Origin: an uncultured Gammaproteobacteria bacterium
GTDB taxonomy: Bacteria; Pseudomonadota; Gammaproteobacteria; UBA9214
Direction: 5' to 3'
NCBI GenBank assembly: GCA_963748215.1
Contig: CAVVHS010000005.1
Location: 225,771-289,770 of the forward strand
DNA: 64,000 bases
The notes under the pieces are model-generated. The model saw only the letters and a program-made list of their open reading frames with translations, did not search any database and was not told the DNA's origin. The translations under genes and the position numbers were made by a program. Below are positions 1-10,566 of this stretch, one piece after another. Every line of letters begins with the position of its first letter. The first letter of the stretch is position 1.

Positions 1-75
1 GTGTAGTAGTCCAGCTCGCCTACCAGCTGCCAGTCACCGTTGCCGCGATCTGTGAAACCGGCTTCTGGCATGACG

Positions 76-696
76 TCAGGATTTATTTTTCTCGACCAGT
101 TGTGTGATCAGGTTGTCGATCCCCTTGTCCCGGATGATATTGCCGAACGAGGAACGGTAGTTGGTCACCAGGCTGACGCCGCTGATGGCGACATCGTAGA
201 CCTTCCAGCCCTCGCCGCTCCGGTACATGGAATAGGAAATCGGGATCGTCGAGCCGGCCTGCTCGATCTCGGTCCGCACCGTCACGGTGGGGGCACTGAG
301 ATCTCCCGCAAACGGCAGGTAGACAATCTTTTCATCGGCATAATCGGAGAGTGCCTGTCCGTAGGTGCGCACCAGCAGGCCACGGAACTGTTCGACGAAA
401 CGGTCGCGTTGCTCGGGTGTCGCCGTGCGCCAGTTCTTGCCCAGTACCCACTGGCTCATGCGCTCGAAATCGAAATACGGCAAGACAATGGTGGAAACCA
501 GGTCGTACAGGCGCGAGGAATCCTGCTTGATGGCTGCGCGGTTGTCCTTCAGCGCCACCAGCATGCGCGAGGAGGTATCCCGCACCAGCTCCAGCGGCGT
601 GATGTCGCTGGCCGCGTGCAGCGACGTCGCACAGCCCAGCGCAAGGTACAACAAGAACGCCCGCAGACCCGCTAGGCTGATTTTCGATGTATGCAT
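76..696 (-). CDS. mlaC: Phospholipid transport periplasmic chaperone MlaC (Ttg2D)
   Basis: Signal peptide, FDFERMSQWVLG and WKVYDVAISGVSLVTNYRSSF motifs; directly after mlaD. Confidence 0.93.
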   Translation of the reverse strand: MHTSKISLAGLRAFLLYLALGCATSLHAASDITPLELVRDTSSRMLVALKDNRAAIKQDSSRLYDLVSTIVLPYFDFERMSQWVLGKNWRTATPEQRDRFVEQFRGLLVRTYGQALSDYADEKIVYLPFAGDLSAPTVTVRTEIEQAGSTIPISYSMYRSGEGWKVYDVAISGVSLVTNYRSSFGNIIRDKGIDNLITQLVEKNKS

Positions 697-1221
697 TTAT
701 TGTGACCCTGACACTGGCTCTGGCTCTGGCTTCGATCCTGAAGATACTGTTGACTCTTCCGGCTTTTTCGCGGCTGCATTATACAGGAACTGGCCGATGA
801 TCTGTTCCATTACCAGCGCCGACTGGGTCAGGTGGATCTGGCTGCCATCCACCAGGTTGGTCATCGATCCGCCCGGTTCCAGGGAGACATACTGCTCACC
901 GAGCAGGCCGGCGGTGAAGATGCTGGCCGAGGTGTCTTCCGGGAAACCCTCGTACTGCGAGTCGATCTTCATCGACACCACGGCCTCGAAGGTCTTGAAA
1001 TCGTAGCCGATGTCATCCACCCGGCCGACGCGTACGCCGGACACCGTCACCGGCGCGCGCACCTTCAGGCCGCCGATATTCTGAAAGCTTGCCTTGACCA
1101 CGTAGCCATCGTTGTTGCCCAGCGTGCTGAGATTGCTGACCTGCATGGCCAGCATGAAAAGGGCCGCCATACCACCGGCAACAAACAACCCGACAACGAT
1201 CTCGATTGTTCTGGCGTTCAC
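697..1221 (-). CDS. mlaD: MCE-domain protein MlaD
   Basis: N-terminal TM, FQNIGGLKVRAPV..GVRVGRV and TAGLLGEQY motifs; GTG start. Confidence 0.95.
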   Translation of the reverse strand: MNARTIEIVVGLFVAGGMAALFMLAMQVSNLSTLGNNDGYVVKASFQNIGGLKVRAPVTVSGVRVGRVDDIGYDFKTFEAVVSMKIDSQYEGFPEDTSASIFTAGLLGEQYVSLEPGGSMTNLVDGSQIHLTQSALVMEQIIGQFLYNAAAKKPEESTVSSGSKPEPEPVSGSQ

Positions 1222-1224
1222 TCT

Positions 1225-1495
1225 TCAGGGCCTGCTAACACGTGGTTGGTCGTTGCGACGGTGGCCATTTTTTCGCCAGCCAAGGCAGTGCGAGTGCCGT
1301 GTAGTTGCACTACTCAAGCGAGCACTAACGCAGGATGGCGGGAAAATGGCCCCGTCCCTTCGGGTTGCGCCTGCAATCAGGCCATGCGGCGTTACTCGTC
1401 GTTCATTTAGCATAACTAAACCTCTCTCCTTGTACCTTGCCTGGCCTGATTTCAGGCAGCAACGCAACGATCAATCACGTGTTAACAGGCCCTAA
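1225..1495. mobile_element. ~270-bp MITE-like palindromic element between mlaE and mlaD
   Basis: 33-bp imperfect TIRs (TCAGGGCCTGCTAACACGTGGTTGGTCGTTGCG / CGCAACGATCAATCACGTGTTAACAGGCCCTAA), nested internal hairpins; the right end overlaps the mlaE TAG. Confidence 0.8.
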
Positions 1496-2271
1496 TCTCC
1501 AAACATCAGTGCGGTCAGTACGAAATCCAGCCCCAGCACGACCAGCGACGTGTGCACCACCGTGCGGGTGGTTGCGCCACTGACGCCCTCCGCCGTCGGT
1601 ACGGCATCGTAGCCCTCGAACAGTGCAATCCAGCCGGCGAAGAAGCCGAACACGATACTCTTGATGACACCGTTCATGATGTCGTCGTATAAATCCACCT
1701 TGGCCTGCATCTGCGACCAGAATGCCCCGTCGTCTACGCCCAGCAGGCCGACGCCGACGAAATGTCCGCCGTAGACGCCGACGGCACTGAAAATGGCCGC
1801 CAGCAGCGGCATGCAGAGGAACGCCGCCAGGAAGCGCGGTGCGATCACGCGCTGTACCGGGTCCACCGCCATCATTTCCATACCGGACAGCTGCTCGGTC
1901 GCCTTCATCAGGCCGATCTCCGCCGCCAGCGCCGATCCGGCACGCCCGGCGAACAGCAGCGCGGCGACCACAGGCCCCAGCTCCCGGACCAGCGACAGGG
2001 CCACCAGGACGCCCAGCGATTCCTCCGCGCCGAAATCGACCAGCGTATTATACCCCTGCAGGCCCATGACCATGCCCACGAACAGTCCGGACACCAGGAT
2101 AATGACCAGGGTCAGGACACCGACCGAGTACATTTGTCTCACCACCAGCCCCGGCCGCAACAGCATGCCCGGCATGCTGGCCAGTACCTGAAACAGGAAC
2201 AGGTGCCCCCGACCCAGGCGCTGGAAAAAGCGCAGCGTCTGGCGGCCCAGCCTCTGCAATGCATTCAGCAT
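1492..2271 (-). CDS. mlaE: ABC permease MlaE
   Basis: [31 protein letters not shown] motif. Confidence 0.96.
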   Translation of the reverse strand: MLNALQRLGRQTLRFFQRLGRGHLFLFQVLASMPGMLLRPGLVVRQMYSVGVLTLVIILVSGLFVGMVMGLQGYNTLVDFGAEESLGVLVALSLVRELGPVVAALLFAGRAGSALAAEIGLMKATEQLSGMEMMAVDPVQRVIAPRFLAAFLCMPLLAAIFSAVGVYGGHFVGVGLLGVDDGAFWSQMQAKVDLYDDIMNGVIKSIVFGFFAGWIALFEGYDAVPTAEGVSGATTRTVVHTSLVVLGLDFVLTALMFGD

Positions 2272-3077
2272 CAGCCGCGCGCCCCGCCGATCAGGTCGTC
2301 ACGGAAGCCCGGCGCGGGGTAGTGAAACGCCACCGGCCCGTCGGGCTCGCCGTGAAGAAACTGGTGCGTCCACTCCGATTCGGATTTCCACAGCTCATCG
2401 GGCTTGCCATGGTCCATCACCCGACCATCCGACAGCAGATAGGCATAGTCCGCGATCGCGCTGGTCTCGCGCACGTCGTGCGAGACCACGATACTGGTCA
2501 GGCCGAGTGCACTATTCAGCTCGCGTATCAGCTTGACCAGGATACCCATGGAGATGGGATCCTGCCCGGTAAACGGCTCGTCGAACATCACCATCTCGGG
2601 ATCCAGTGCGATCGCGCGCGCCAGGGCAACCCGACGCGCCATGCCGCCGGACAGTTCGCTGGGCATGAGCCCGGCCGCGCCGCGCAGCCCCACTGCCTCG
2701 AGCTTCATCAGTACGAGATCACGTACCAGCGCTTCGGGCAGACGCGTATGTTCTCGGATCGGATAGGCAATATTGTCGAACACGTTGATGTCCGTCAGCA
2801 ATGCGCCGCTCTGGAACAGCATGCCGATGCGCTTGCGCAGGCGGTACAGTTCCGGACGACTGAGCGTCACGACGTCCTGGCCCTGCACGAGTATGGAACC
2901 GGACAGCGGCGACAGCTGGCCGCCGATCAGCTTCAGCAAGGTGGTCTTGCCGGTGCCGCTCGGCCCCATGATGGCGGTGACAGTACCCGGCAGAATGTCG
3001 AGATCCACGCCATCGAATATCATTCGCTCGCCACGGGCATAGCGCAGGCCGCGTATCTGGACAACAGGCTCCGGCAT
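2271..3077 (-). CDS. mlaF: ABC ATPase MlaF
   Basis: Walker [33 protein letters not shown]; start moved to ATG 3077 after AAGGA RBS. Confidence 0.95.
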   Translation of the reverse strand: MPEPVVQIRGLRYARGERMIFDGVDLDILPGTVTAIMGPSGTGKTTLLKLIGGQLSPLSGSILVQGQDVVTLSRPELYRLRKRIGMLFQSGALLTDINVFDNIAYPIREHTRLPEALVRDLVLMKLEAVGLRGAAGLMPSELSGGMARRVALARAIALDPEMVMFDEPFTGQDPISMGILVKLIRELNSALGLTSIVVSHDVRETSAIADYAYLLSDGRVMDHGKPDELWKSESEWTHQFLHGEPDGPVAFHYPAPGFRDDLIGGARG

Positions 3078-3311
3078 TATTCCTTTCCCGCACTCGTTCA
3101 AAAGGTCGACATTATGGACAGGCAGGCCGCTGCATTACAAACAGCAATTTCGACGGCCGGTATCGATGTGTATGATATTACGAACAGATTTCCGGAACCT
3201 GCCCGATGAAGCGCGCATTATCGTTCCACTTAGGGGAACCCCGCAAGCAGAATCCGGGATGGCCTGCCCGAACGGGATATACGTGCCCCCAAAACCCGCC
3301 GACCCACACTT

Positions 3312-4280
3312 ATGTGGACTGAACTGCTGGCCATAGCCGCCGGTTTCGTACTGCTGGCCTGGAGCGCGGCGCGCTTCGTGGAGGGTGCGAGCGCCATCGC
3401 CTGGCACCTGGACATCCCGCCACTGGTCATCGGGCTCACCGTGGTCAGCATCGGCACCTCGGCGCCGGAAATCGTTTTCTCCGGGATTGCGGCCTGGCAG
3501 GGCAACGCCGGGCTGGCGGTGGGCAACGCGCTCGGCTCGAATATCATCAATACCAGCCTGATCCTCGGAATCGGTGCGCTGATCAGGCCCTTGTACGTGC
3601 ATTCCAGCATCATCCGGCGCGAGCTGCCGATGCTGCTGCTGGTCATGGGCTTCACCTACGCCCTGCTCGTCGACCACAGGCTCGGCCGCCTCGACGGCGC
3701 GTTGTTGCTGACCGGTATGCTCGCCGTGCTGTACTGGATCGTGCGGGTCGGCATGAAACCCCAGGCCGCACGCGACCCGATGGGCGAGGAATACGCACAG
3801 GAACTGCCGACCGGGCTCGGCATCGGTCGTGCAACAATACTGCTGGCCGTCGGTCTGCTGGTGCTGCTGGCGAGTTCGAAGCTGCTGGTATGGGGCGCGG
3901 CATCGCTGGCGACGATGCTCGGCGTCAGCGATCTCGTCATCGGCCTGACCATTGTCGCGCTCGGCACCAGCCTGCCGGAGCTGGCCGCCACCATCAGCAG
4001 CGCGCTCAGGAACGAACATGACATGGCGCTCGGCAACATCATCGGCTCGAATATCTTCAACCTGCTCGCCGTACTCGGACTGGCCGGCGTGATCCGGCCG
4101 GAGCCGCTCGACCCGATCGTGCTGACGCGCGACTACCCCGTCATGGTGGGCATGACACTGGCGATGTTCTTCATGGCGTACGGCTTTCGCCACCCGGGGC
4201 GGCTGAACCGCTTCGAGGGCGCCCTGCTGGTGCTCGCCTATGGCGCCTACCAGACCCTGTTATACTTTGCCGAGACCTGA
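3312..4280 (+). CDS. yrbG: Ca2+/Na+ antiporter (YrbG family)
   Basis: Two alpha repeats GTSAPE / GTSLPE with GSNI; position upstream of kdsD. Confidence 0.92.
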   Translation: MWTELLAIAAGFVLLAWSAARFVEGASAIAWHLDIPPLVIGLTVVSIGTSAPEIVFSGIAAWQGNAGLAVGNALGSNIINTSLILGIGALIRPLYVHSSIIRRELPMLLLVMGFTYALLVDHRLGRLDGALLLTGMLAVLYWIVRVGMKPQAARDPMGEEYAQELPTGLGIGRATILLAVGLLVLLASSKLLVWGAASLATMLGVSDLVIGLTIVALGTSLPELAATISSALRNEHDMALGNIIGSNIFNLLAVLGLAGVIRPEPLDPIVLTRDYPVMVGMTLAMFFMAYGFRHPGRLNRFEGALLVLAYGAYQTLLYFAET

Positions 4281-4306
4281 CGACGCGAACCCGCTACCAT
4301 TCCGAC

Positions 4307-5281
4307 ATGAACGACACCAAACTGCAGGAGCTCGCCCTGGCGGTCATCGATACCGAGGCGCGCGCCGTCGACCGGCTGGCCGATGAAATCCGCAAGCCCT
4401 CGTTCGCGCATGCCTGTCACCTGATGCTGGACTGCCGCGGACGCGTCGTCGTCACCGGCATGGGCAAGTCCGGCCACATCGCCGGCAAGATCGCCGCGAC
4501 CCTGGCCAGCACCGGCACCCCCGCCTTTTTCGTGCATCCGGGCGAGGCCAGCCACGGCGACCTCGGCATGATCACGGCGTCCGACGTGCTGCTGGCGCTG
4601 TCCAATTCCGGGGAAACCGCCGAAATCGTCACCATCCTGCCGATCATCAAGCGTCTCAAGGTGCCGCTGATCGCCATGACCGGCAATCCGGAATCCACCC
4701 TGTCGCAGGCCGCCACCGCCAACATCAACGTCAGCGTGGAAAAGGAGGCCTGTCCGCTCGGCCTGGCGCCGACCGCCAGCACCACGGCCGCGCTGGCCAT
4801 GGGCGATGCCCTGGCCATTGCCCTGCTGGAGACGCGCGGCTTCACGGCGGAGGATTTCGCACGCTCCCACCCGGGCGGCACGCTGGGGCGGCGCCTGCTG
4901 CTGCTGATCGATGACCTGATGCACACCGGCGACGCCATCCCGCGTGTGTCGCCCGACACCCTGCTCAGCGATGCACTGGTGGAGATGACCCGCAAGGGCC
5001 TGGGCATGACCGCGGTGGTGGATGCCGATGGCAGGCTGGCCGGCGTGTTCACCGACGGCGACCTGCGTCGCACCATCGATCATCGCATCGACCTGCACAC
5101 CGCCCGCGTCAGCGAGGTGATGACCGCCAGCTGCAAGACGGTGCATCCCGGCATGCTCGCCGCGGAAGCCCTGCAGATCATGGACGACAACAAGATCAAC
5201 GCCCTGCCCGTAATCAATGACGATAACCAGATCGTCGGCGCGCTCAACATGCACGACCTGCTGCGCGCCGGCGTGGTATAA
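4307..5281 (+). CDS. kdsD: Arabinose-5-phosphate isomerase (SIS+CBS)
   Basis: GMGKSGHIA.KIAATLASTGTP, HPGEASHGDLG, CBS pair. Confidence 0.96.
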   Translation: MNDTKLQELALAVIDTEARAVDRLADEIRKPSFAHACHLMLDCRGRVVVTGMGKSGHIAGKIAATLASTGTPAFFVHPGEASHGDLGMITASDVLLALSNSGETAEIVTILPIIKRLKVPLIAMTGNPESTLSQAATANINVSVEKEACPLGLAPTASTTAALAMGDALAIALLETRGFTAEDFARSHPGGTLGRRLLLLIDDLMHTGDAIPRVSPDTLLSDALVEMTRKGLGMTAVVDADGRLAGVFTDGDLRRTIDHRIDLHTARVSEVMTASCKTVHPGMLAAEALQIMDDNKINALPVINDDNQIVGALNMHDLLRAGVV

Positions 5282-5293
5282 CTTCCCGTCACC

Positions 5294-5815
5294 ATGAAAG
5301 ACATACTCGAAAAGGCCGCACGCATCCGATTACTGATCTTCGACGTCGACGGCGTGCTCACCGACGGCAGCCTGTTCATTGGCGACGACGGCCAGGAATA
5401 CAAGGCCTTCAACTCGCGCGACGGTCACGGCATCAAGATGCTGCAGAAGCACGGCGTCATCGTCGGCATTATCACCGGCCGCACCTCGAAAGTCGTCGAG
5501 CACCGCATGGCGAACCTGGGCGTCACCCATGTCTACCAGGGCAAACTTGAGAAGCTGCCGGCCTTCGAGGAACTCATCGACAAGCTCGGCATCACTCCAC
5601 AGGAGACAGCCTATGTCGGCGACGATGTGGTCGACCTGCCGGTCATGCGCCGCGTCGGACTGGCCATCGCCGTGCAGGACGCGCATCCTCTGGTGGTGCG
5701 CCACAGTCACTGGCAGACACCCCGCGGCGGTGGCCGCGGCGCGGCGCGCGACGTGTGCGAAATGCTGATGGAAGCGCGCGGCGTGCTCAAGCGGGAACTG
5801 GACAGCTACCTGTGA
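5294..5815 (+). CDS. kdsC: KDO-8-phosphate phosphatase
   Basis: HAD motif DVDGVLTDG, GDDVVD, GGRGAAR. Confidence 0.96.
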   Translation: MKDILEKAARIRLLIFDVDGVLTDGSLFIGDDGQEYKAFNSRDGHGIKMLQKHGVIVGIITGRTSKVVEHRMANLGVTHVYQGKLEKLPAFEELIDKLGITPQETAYVGDDVVDLPVMRRVGLAIAVQDAHPLVVRHSHWQTPRGGGRGAARDVCEMLMEARGVLKRELDSYL

Positions 5816-6375
5816 GCAACGCCCGCACGGTCATTCTGCTGCTGGTAGCACTGCTGGTGGTGGCCACCAGCTGGTTTTCCCGCCAGCAGGGCTCCCCCGG
5901 CGATTTGGCGGTCTTCACCGAGCGAGGTCCCGACGCCTACGCGGACGACGTCACCATCCGGGTTATGGATGCGGACGGCCAGCCCGTCTACCGACTGCGC
6001 GCCGCACACATTGCCTGGTATCCGGACAACGACCAGCTGGCGCTGCGCCAGCCACAACTCGATGTGACGCGGCCCGATGGCGCACGCTGGCAACTGACCG
6101 CGGAACAGGGCCGGACCGGCCGCGCCGGCGACCCGATTTCCCTGACCGGTAAGGTTATTATTCAAAGGCTTGAATCTGACTCACAGAATCCACTCAAGAT
6201 CACAACCAGCGACGTGACAGTCCTGGCGGACGCCCGCTTGGCGTTGACGGAAAGCGCCGCACAGGTGAGCGGACCGGGCTATCGCTTCGAGTCACTGGGA
6301 CTGTCGGCGGACTTCAGCGAAAACCGTCTGGAGTTGCGTTCGCAGGTACGGGGCAATATCGATGGCAAGAGCTAG
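5812..6375 (+). CDS. lptC: LPS export protein LptC
   Basis: N-terminal TM then beta-jellyroll-type sequence; GTG start overlaps kdsC stop (GTGA); synteny. Confidence 0.88.
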   Translation: MSNARTVILLLVALLVVATSWFSRQQGSPGDLAVFTERGPDAYADDVTIRVMDADGQPVYRLRAAHIAWYPDNDQLALRQPQLDVTRPDGARWQLTAEQGRTGRAGDPISLTGKVIIQRLESDSQNPLKITTSDVTVLADARLALTESAAQVSGPGYRFESLGLSADFSENRLELRSQVRGNIDGKS

Positions 6376-6976
6376 CCGACTGACCCGACTGCTGTGCACG
6401 GCCGGCTGGCTGCTGTTACTGGCGCCCTGCCTTGCCTGGGGGCTCACCAGCGACCGCAGCCAGCCGATCCAGATCGAGGCGGACCGCGCCACCCTGGACG
6501 AGAAGACGGGCCTGAGCGTGTATGAAGGCAATGTCTTCCTGCATCAGGGGACGCTGATGCTGCGCGGCAGCCGGATGAGCGTGCAGATACGTGACAGCCA
6601 GGTCGACACCATCATCATCGATGGCAAACCTGCCACCTTTTCGCAACGACCGGACAGGGCCGATACCGACCAGCAGGCCGAGGCCGATCACATCGAGTAT
6701 CACACCGGCGACCAGCGCCTGATCCTGCAGGGCCATGCCATAATCCGCCAGTCGGAAAAGGAAGAGTTCAGCAGCAATCGCATCATCTTGAATCTCAGGA
6801 ACAACACGGTAAATGCCGGCGGCAGCAGCAAGGGCAGCCGTGTGCGCATCACGCTGCAGCCGGACGCTGTCCCGGACATCGCGCCGGACGCTGCGACTGA
6901 TGTTGCGCCTGGCGCCGTGCCGGACGCGGCACCGCAAGGCACGCCACCCGGCGATCCGGCAGGCACACCGCCATGA
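6362..6976 (+). CDS. lptA: LPS transport periplasmic protein LptA with Pro/Asp/Ala tail
   Basis: Signal peptide, [23 protein letters not shown]. Confidence 0.93.
   Translation: MARASRLTRLLCTAGWLLLLAPCLAWGLTSDRSQPIQIEADRATLDEKTGLSVYEGNVFLHQGTLMLRGSRMSVQIRDSQVDTIIIDGKPATFSQRPDRADTDQQAEADHIEYHTGDQRLILQGHAIIRQSEKEEFSSNRIILNLRNNTVNAGGSSKGSRVRITLQPDAVPDIAPDAATDVAPGAVPDAAPQGTPPGDPAGTPP
6860..6931 (+). repeat. Six degenerate 12-bp in-frame tandem repeats (PD/GxA) in the lptA tail
   Basis: CCGGACGCTGTC CCGGACATCGCG CCGGACGCTGCG ACTGATGTTGCG CCTGGCGCCGTG CCGGACGCGGCA. Confidence 0.75.
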
Positions 6977-7698
6977 GCCAGCTGAATACCTTCAACCTGG
7001 GCAAGGCCTACCAGTCTCGGCGCGTCGTCGACGACGTCTCCATCACCGTCGACAGCGGCCAGGTCATTGGACTGCTGGGACCAAACGGTGCCGGCAAGAC
7101 TACCTGCTTCTACATGATCGTCGGCATCATCCCTTGCAGCGAGGGACGTATCGAGCTGGACGGCACTGACCTGACCGGACAGCCCATGCACGTGCGTGCT
7201 CGCCACGGGCTCGGTTACCTGCCGCAGGAAGCCTCCGTATTCAGAAAGCTCTCGGTCGCGGAAAACATCATGGCGATACTCGAGATCCGCAAGGATCTCG
7301 ATGCCCACGAGCGCGGCGAGCGCCTGGAATCGCTGCTGCACGAATTGCATATCGGTCATCTCGCCGAACAACCGGGCATCAGCCTGTCGGGCGGCGAACG
7401 GCGCCGCGTCGAGATCGCGCGCGCCCTGGCCGCCAACCCGCGTTTCATCCTGCTGGACGAGCCATTCGCCGGCGTCGACCCGATCTCGGTCATCGATATC
7501 CAGCACATCATCGAGCACCTGTGCAGCCGCGACATCGGCGTGCTGATTACCGACCACAACGTGCGCGAAACCCTCGGCATCTGCGACCGCGCCTACATCC
7601 TGAGCGAAGGCCGGGTCATCTCCGCCGGCAGCCCGCAAAGCGTGCTGGCGGACCAGCGCGTGCGCGAAGTCTACCTGGGTACGGAATTCCGGCTCTAG
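6973..7698 (+). CDS. lptB: LPS export ABC ATPase LptB
   Basis: [43 protein letters not shown]. Confidence 0.97.
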   Translation: MSQLNTFNLGKAYQSRRVVDDVSITVDSGQVIGLLGPNGAGKTTCFYMIVGIIPCSEGRIELDGTDLTGQPMHVRARHGLGYLPQEASVFRKLSVAENIMAILEIRKDLDAHERGERLESLLHELHIGHLAEQPGISLSGGERRRVEIARALAANPRFILLDEPFAGVDPISVIDIQHIIEHLCSRDIGVLITDHNVRETLGICDRAYILSEGRVISAGSPQSVLADQRVREVYLGTEFRL

Positions 7699-7863
7699 GA
7701 GCCTGTCGGACTTGGGCGATCGTAGCGAGCCGGGTGGGAGAACGAGGTCATTTTTCCGATCGTTCGAGGAGAATAGCCGTAGCTATTTGACGAGGAGGAT
7801 CGGAAAAATGGGCCGCTGTCCCGCCGGCGCAGTAGATCAGTCCCTAGTCCGACAGGCTCCTAG
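7695..7863. mobile_element. 169-bp MITE-like structured element, copy A
   Basis: CTAGGAGCCTGTCGGACT...AGTCCGACAGGCTCCTAG TIRs; core shared with 52034-52202; left end overlaps the lptB TAG. Confidence 0.85.
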
Positions 7864-8005
7864 CACCGCGCGGCGCAGACGCGGCATCGTGACTGGATGC
7901 GGACGAAACTGCCTGTTACCCCGGCAAGCCACAACACGTCACGGGTATAGACGTGCCAATCTGACAGGTATGTCAGGCAATGCTCCCAACAGGATATTGC
8001 CGGCA

Positions 8006-8028
8006 TGGCATGGATCATGCACTATAGT
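8006..8028 (+). promoter_or_regulatory. Possible sigma54 -24/-12 box (TGGCAT-N5-ATGCA) abutting a TATAGT -10 upstream of rpoN
   Basis: GG-N10-GC spacing is correct, two mismatches to TGGCAC-N5-TTGCA. Confidence 0.4.
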
Positions 8029-8237
8029 AATTGAAGGGTTTATAGGTACTGCCAAACTGGCAGAAAACAGGTGTTTTACTCTGCGGAACAAGAATCCGTA
8101 AAATCTATACTAGTCAAAGGCTTGCATATTCAATGAGCAAACGCTACCAGGCTGCGTGTGGAACAGGGAAACCCTGCCGGCAGCGGCACATCACCCAACC
8201 AAAAGTCCGCAACAGACCTGCATAAGCCTCGCCACCC

Positions 8238-9686
8238 ATGAAGCAGTCGCTGCAACTCAAGCTCGGCCAGAACCTGACCATGACACCCCAGTTGCAGCAG
8301 GCGATTCGCCTGCTGCAACTGTCGACTCTGGAGCTTCAGACCGAGGTGCAAATGGCGCTCGAGTCCAACCCGATGCTCGAGCAGGACGAAGGCGCCGTCG
8401 CCGAGAACGGCGAGCCGCCGGCCGAGGTCAATGGCAGTGACCGCGATAGCAAACTGACCGCCGAGGGCGACAGCGAAAACATCCCGGACGAGCTGCCGGT
8501 CGACAGTAACTGGGAAGACGTCTTCGATACCGGCGCCACCAGCTACAGTGCCCCGGATACCGGCGGGCGCGACATCATGGAAACGATCACCGTCAGCGGT
8601 GAAAGCCTGCAGGATCACCTCGTGTGGCAGCTGGAAATGACCAACCTGTCGGACACCGACCTGATGATCGCACGTACCGTCATCGACGCCATCGACGAGG
8701 ACGGATATCTCACCATCGGCTCTGAAGACATCCGCCGGTCGCTGGCCAGCAGTATCGAGGTGGAAGCGGACGAGATCGAGGCGGTCATCCATCGTATCCA
8801 GCAGCTCGACCCGATCGGTGTCTGCGCACGCGACCTGCAGGAAAACCTGTTGCTGCAGCTGCAGCAGTTCGATATGGATTCGCCCTGGCTCAGGGAAGCG
8901 CAGCTACTGGTGCGGGACCACTTCGGCCTGCTCAGCAACCGCGACTACAACCGCATCTGCAGCAAGATGAAACTGGGCAAGGACGAACTGCAGCAGGTCA
9001 TCAACCTGATCCAGTCGCTGAATCCGCGCCCCGGCTCCACGTACAACACCACAGAACCCGAGTACATCATCCCGGACGTCTACGTCTTCAAGAAGGGCAG
9101 CGCCTGGCAGGTGGAACTGAATCCCGATTCGATCCCGAAATTGCGCATCAACTCGATGTACGCGAACATGATCAAGCGCGGCAGCAACAGCCGGGATAAC
9201 AATTATCTGCGGGACAATCTCCAGGAGGCGCGCTGGTTCCTGAAGAGCCTGCAGAGTCGCCACGAGACCCTGCTGAAGGTCGCCAGCTGCATCGTCGAAC
9301 GCCAGCACGGCTTCCTGGATCATGGCGAGGAAGCCATGCGGCCGATGGTGCTGCGCAGTATCGCGGAGACCATCGAAATGCACGAATCGACCGTGTCGCG
9401 CGTGACCACGCGCAAATACATGCATACGCCGCGCGGTATCTACGAGTTCAAGTACTTCTTCTCCAGCCATGTTTCCACGGAAGCTGGCGGCGAATGTTCC
9501 GCAACCGCGATCCGGGCCATCATCAAGAAGCTGGTCGCAGCGGAAAACCCGGCGAAACCGCTGAGCGACAGCAAGATGGCCAATGTCCTGGCCGACCAGG
9601 GTATCAATGTCGCTCGCCGCACTATCGCCAAGTACCGGGAGTCACTCTCCATTTCACCATCCAACGAACGCAAGCGCCTCTCGTAG
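8238..9686 (+). CDS. rpoN: RNA polymerase sigma-54 factor
   Basis: [22 protein letters not shown], RpoN box [10 protein letters not shown]. Confidence 0.98.
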   Translation: MKQSLQLKLGQNLTMTPQLQQAIRLLQLSTLELQTEVQMALESNPMLEQDEGAVAENGEPPAEVNGSDRDSKLTAEGDSENIPDELPVDSNWEDVFDTGATSYSAPDTGGRDIMETITVSGESLQDHLVWQLEMTNLSDTDLMIARTVIDAIDEDGYLTIGSEDIRRSLASSIEVEADEIEAVIHRIQQLDPIGVCARDLQENLLLQLQQFDMDSPWLREAQLLVRDHFGLLSNRDYNRICSKMKLGKDELQQVINLIQSLNPRPGSTYNTTEPEYIIPDVYVFKKGSAWQVELNPDSIPKLRINSMYANMIKRGSNSRDNNYLRDNLQEARWFLKSLQSRHETLLKVASCIVERQHGFLDHGEEAMRPMVLRSIAETIEMHESTVSRVTTRKYMHTPRGIYEFKYFFSSHVSTEAGGECSATAIRAIIKKLVAAENPAKPLSDSKMANVLADQGINVARRTIAKYRESLSISPSNERKRLS

Positions 9687-9712
9687 GCGTAACCAGAAAA
9701 AGGAGTGCTGTT

Positions 9713-10033
9713 ATGCAAATCAGCCTGACCGGAAATCACGTCGACCTGACCGAACCGTTGCGCGAATATGTCAACACCAAGATGGAACGCCTGGAGCGCC
9801 ATTTCGATATCGTGCATGACATCCACGTGGTACTGAGTGTGGAAAAACTGCGTCACAAGGCGGAAGCGACCGTGCACATTAACGGCAACAAGCTGTTTGC
9901 CGATTCGGTACAGGAAGACATGTACGCGGCAATCGATGCCCTGACCGACAAGCTCGACCGCCAGGTAAAAAAGCACAAGGAAAAAATGACCGACCATCAC
10001 CGCAGCGAGGGGTCCATTGCTAAAGGTCTGTAG
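9713..10033 (+). CDS. hpf: Ribosome hibernation promoting factor
   Basis: MQISLTG..VDLT, DMYAAIDALTDKLDRQ; AAGGAG RBS before ATG 9713. Confidence 0.95.
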   Translation: MQISLTGNHVDLTEPLREYVNTKMERLERHFDIVHDIHVVLSVEKLRHKAEATVHINGNKLFADSVQEDMYAAIDALTDKLDRQVKKHKEKMTDHHRSEGSIAKGL

Positions 10034-10095
10034 CACCGCCTGACGGCCGGCAGGATGTCCGGCGTACGGCCTGCAACAGCAGCACACTGTCAATC

Positions 10096-10566
10096 ATGAA
10101 TATAACCAGTTTATTATCAAACGACCGCGTTGTTTGCAGTGACGATATCGCGAGCAAAAAACGCGTGCTGGAATTGCTGAGCGAGCTGCTCGGCAGGAGT
10201 TCGCCACAGCTGTCGCAACAGGCCATTTTCGACGCGCTGGTCAACCGCGAAAAGCTCGGCAGCACCGGCCTCGGCAAGGGTGTTGCCATCCCGCACGGCC
10301 GCATGACCTCGCTGGAGGAGCCGGTGTGCGCCTTCATCGAGGTCAAGACACCGGTGGATTTCGACGCCGCCGACGGTCAACCCGTGGATCTTGTGTTCTG
10401 CCTGCTCGTCCCGGAAGACTCAACCGAGGAACACCTGCAGGTGCTGTCGACCATCGCCGAGATCTTCAGCAACCCTTCCATGTGCAGCTCGCTGCGCGAG
10501 TGCGACAACGGTGAATGCATACTCGCGCAACTCTACCAGTGGGAGAGCCAGCGAATATCCGCATGA
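10096..10566 (+). CDS. ptsN: PTS EIIA(Ntr)
   Basis: REKLGSTGLGKGVAIPHGR. Confidence 0.95.
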   Translation: MNITSLLSNDRVVCSDDIASKKRVLELLSELLGRSSPQLSQQAIFDALVNREKLGSTGLGKGVAIPHGRMTSLEEPVCAFIEVKTPVDFDAADGQPVDLVFCLLVPEDSTEEHLQVLSTIAEIFSNPSMCSSLRECDNGECILAQLYQWESQRISA

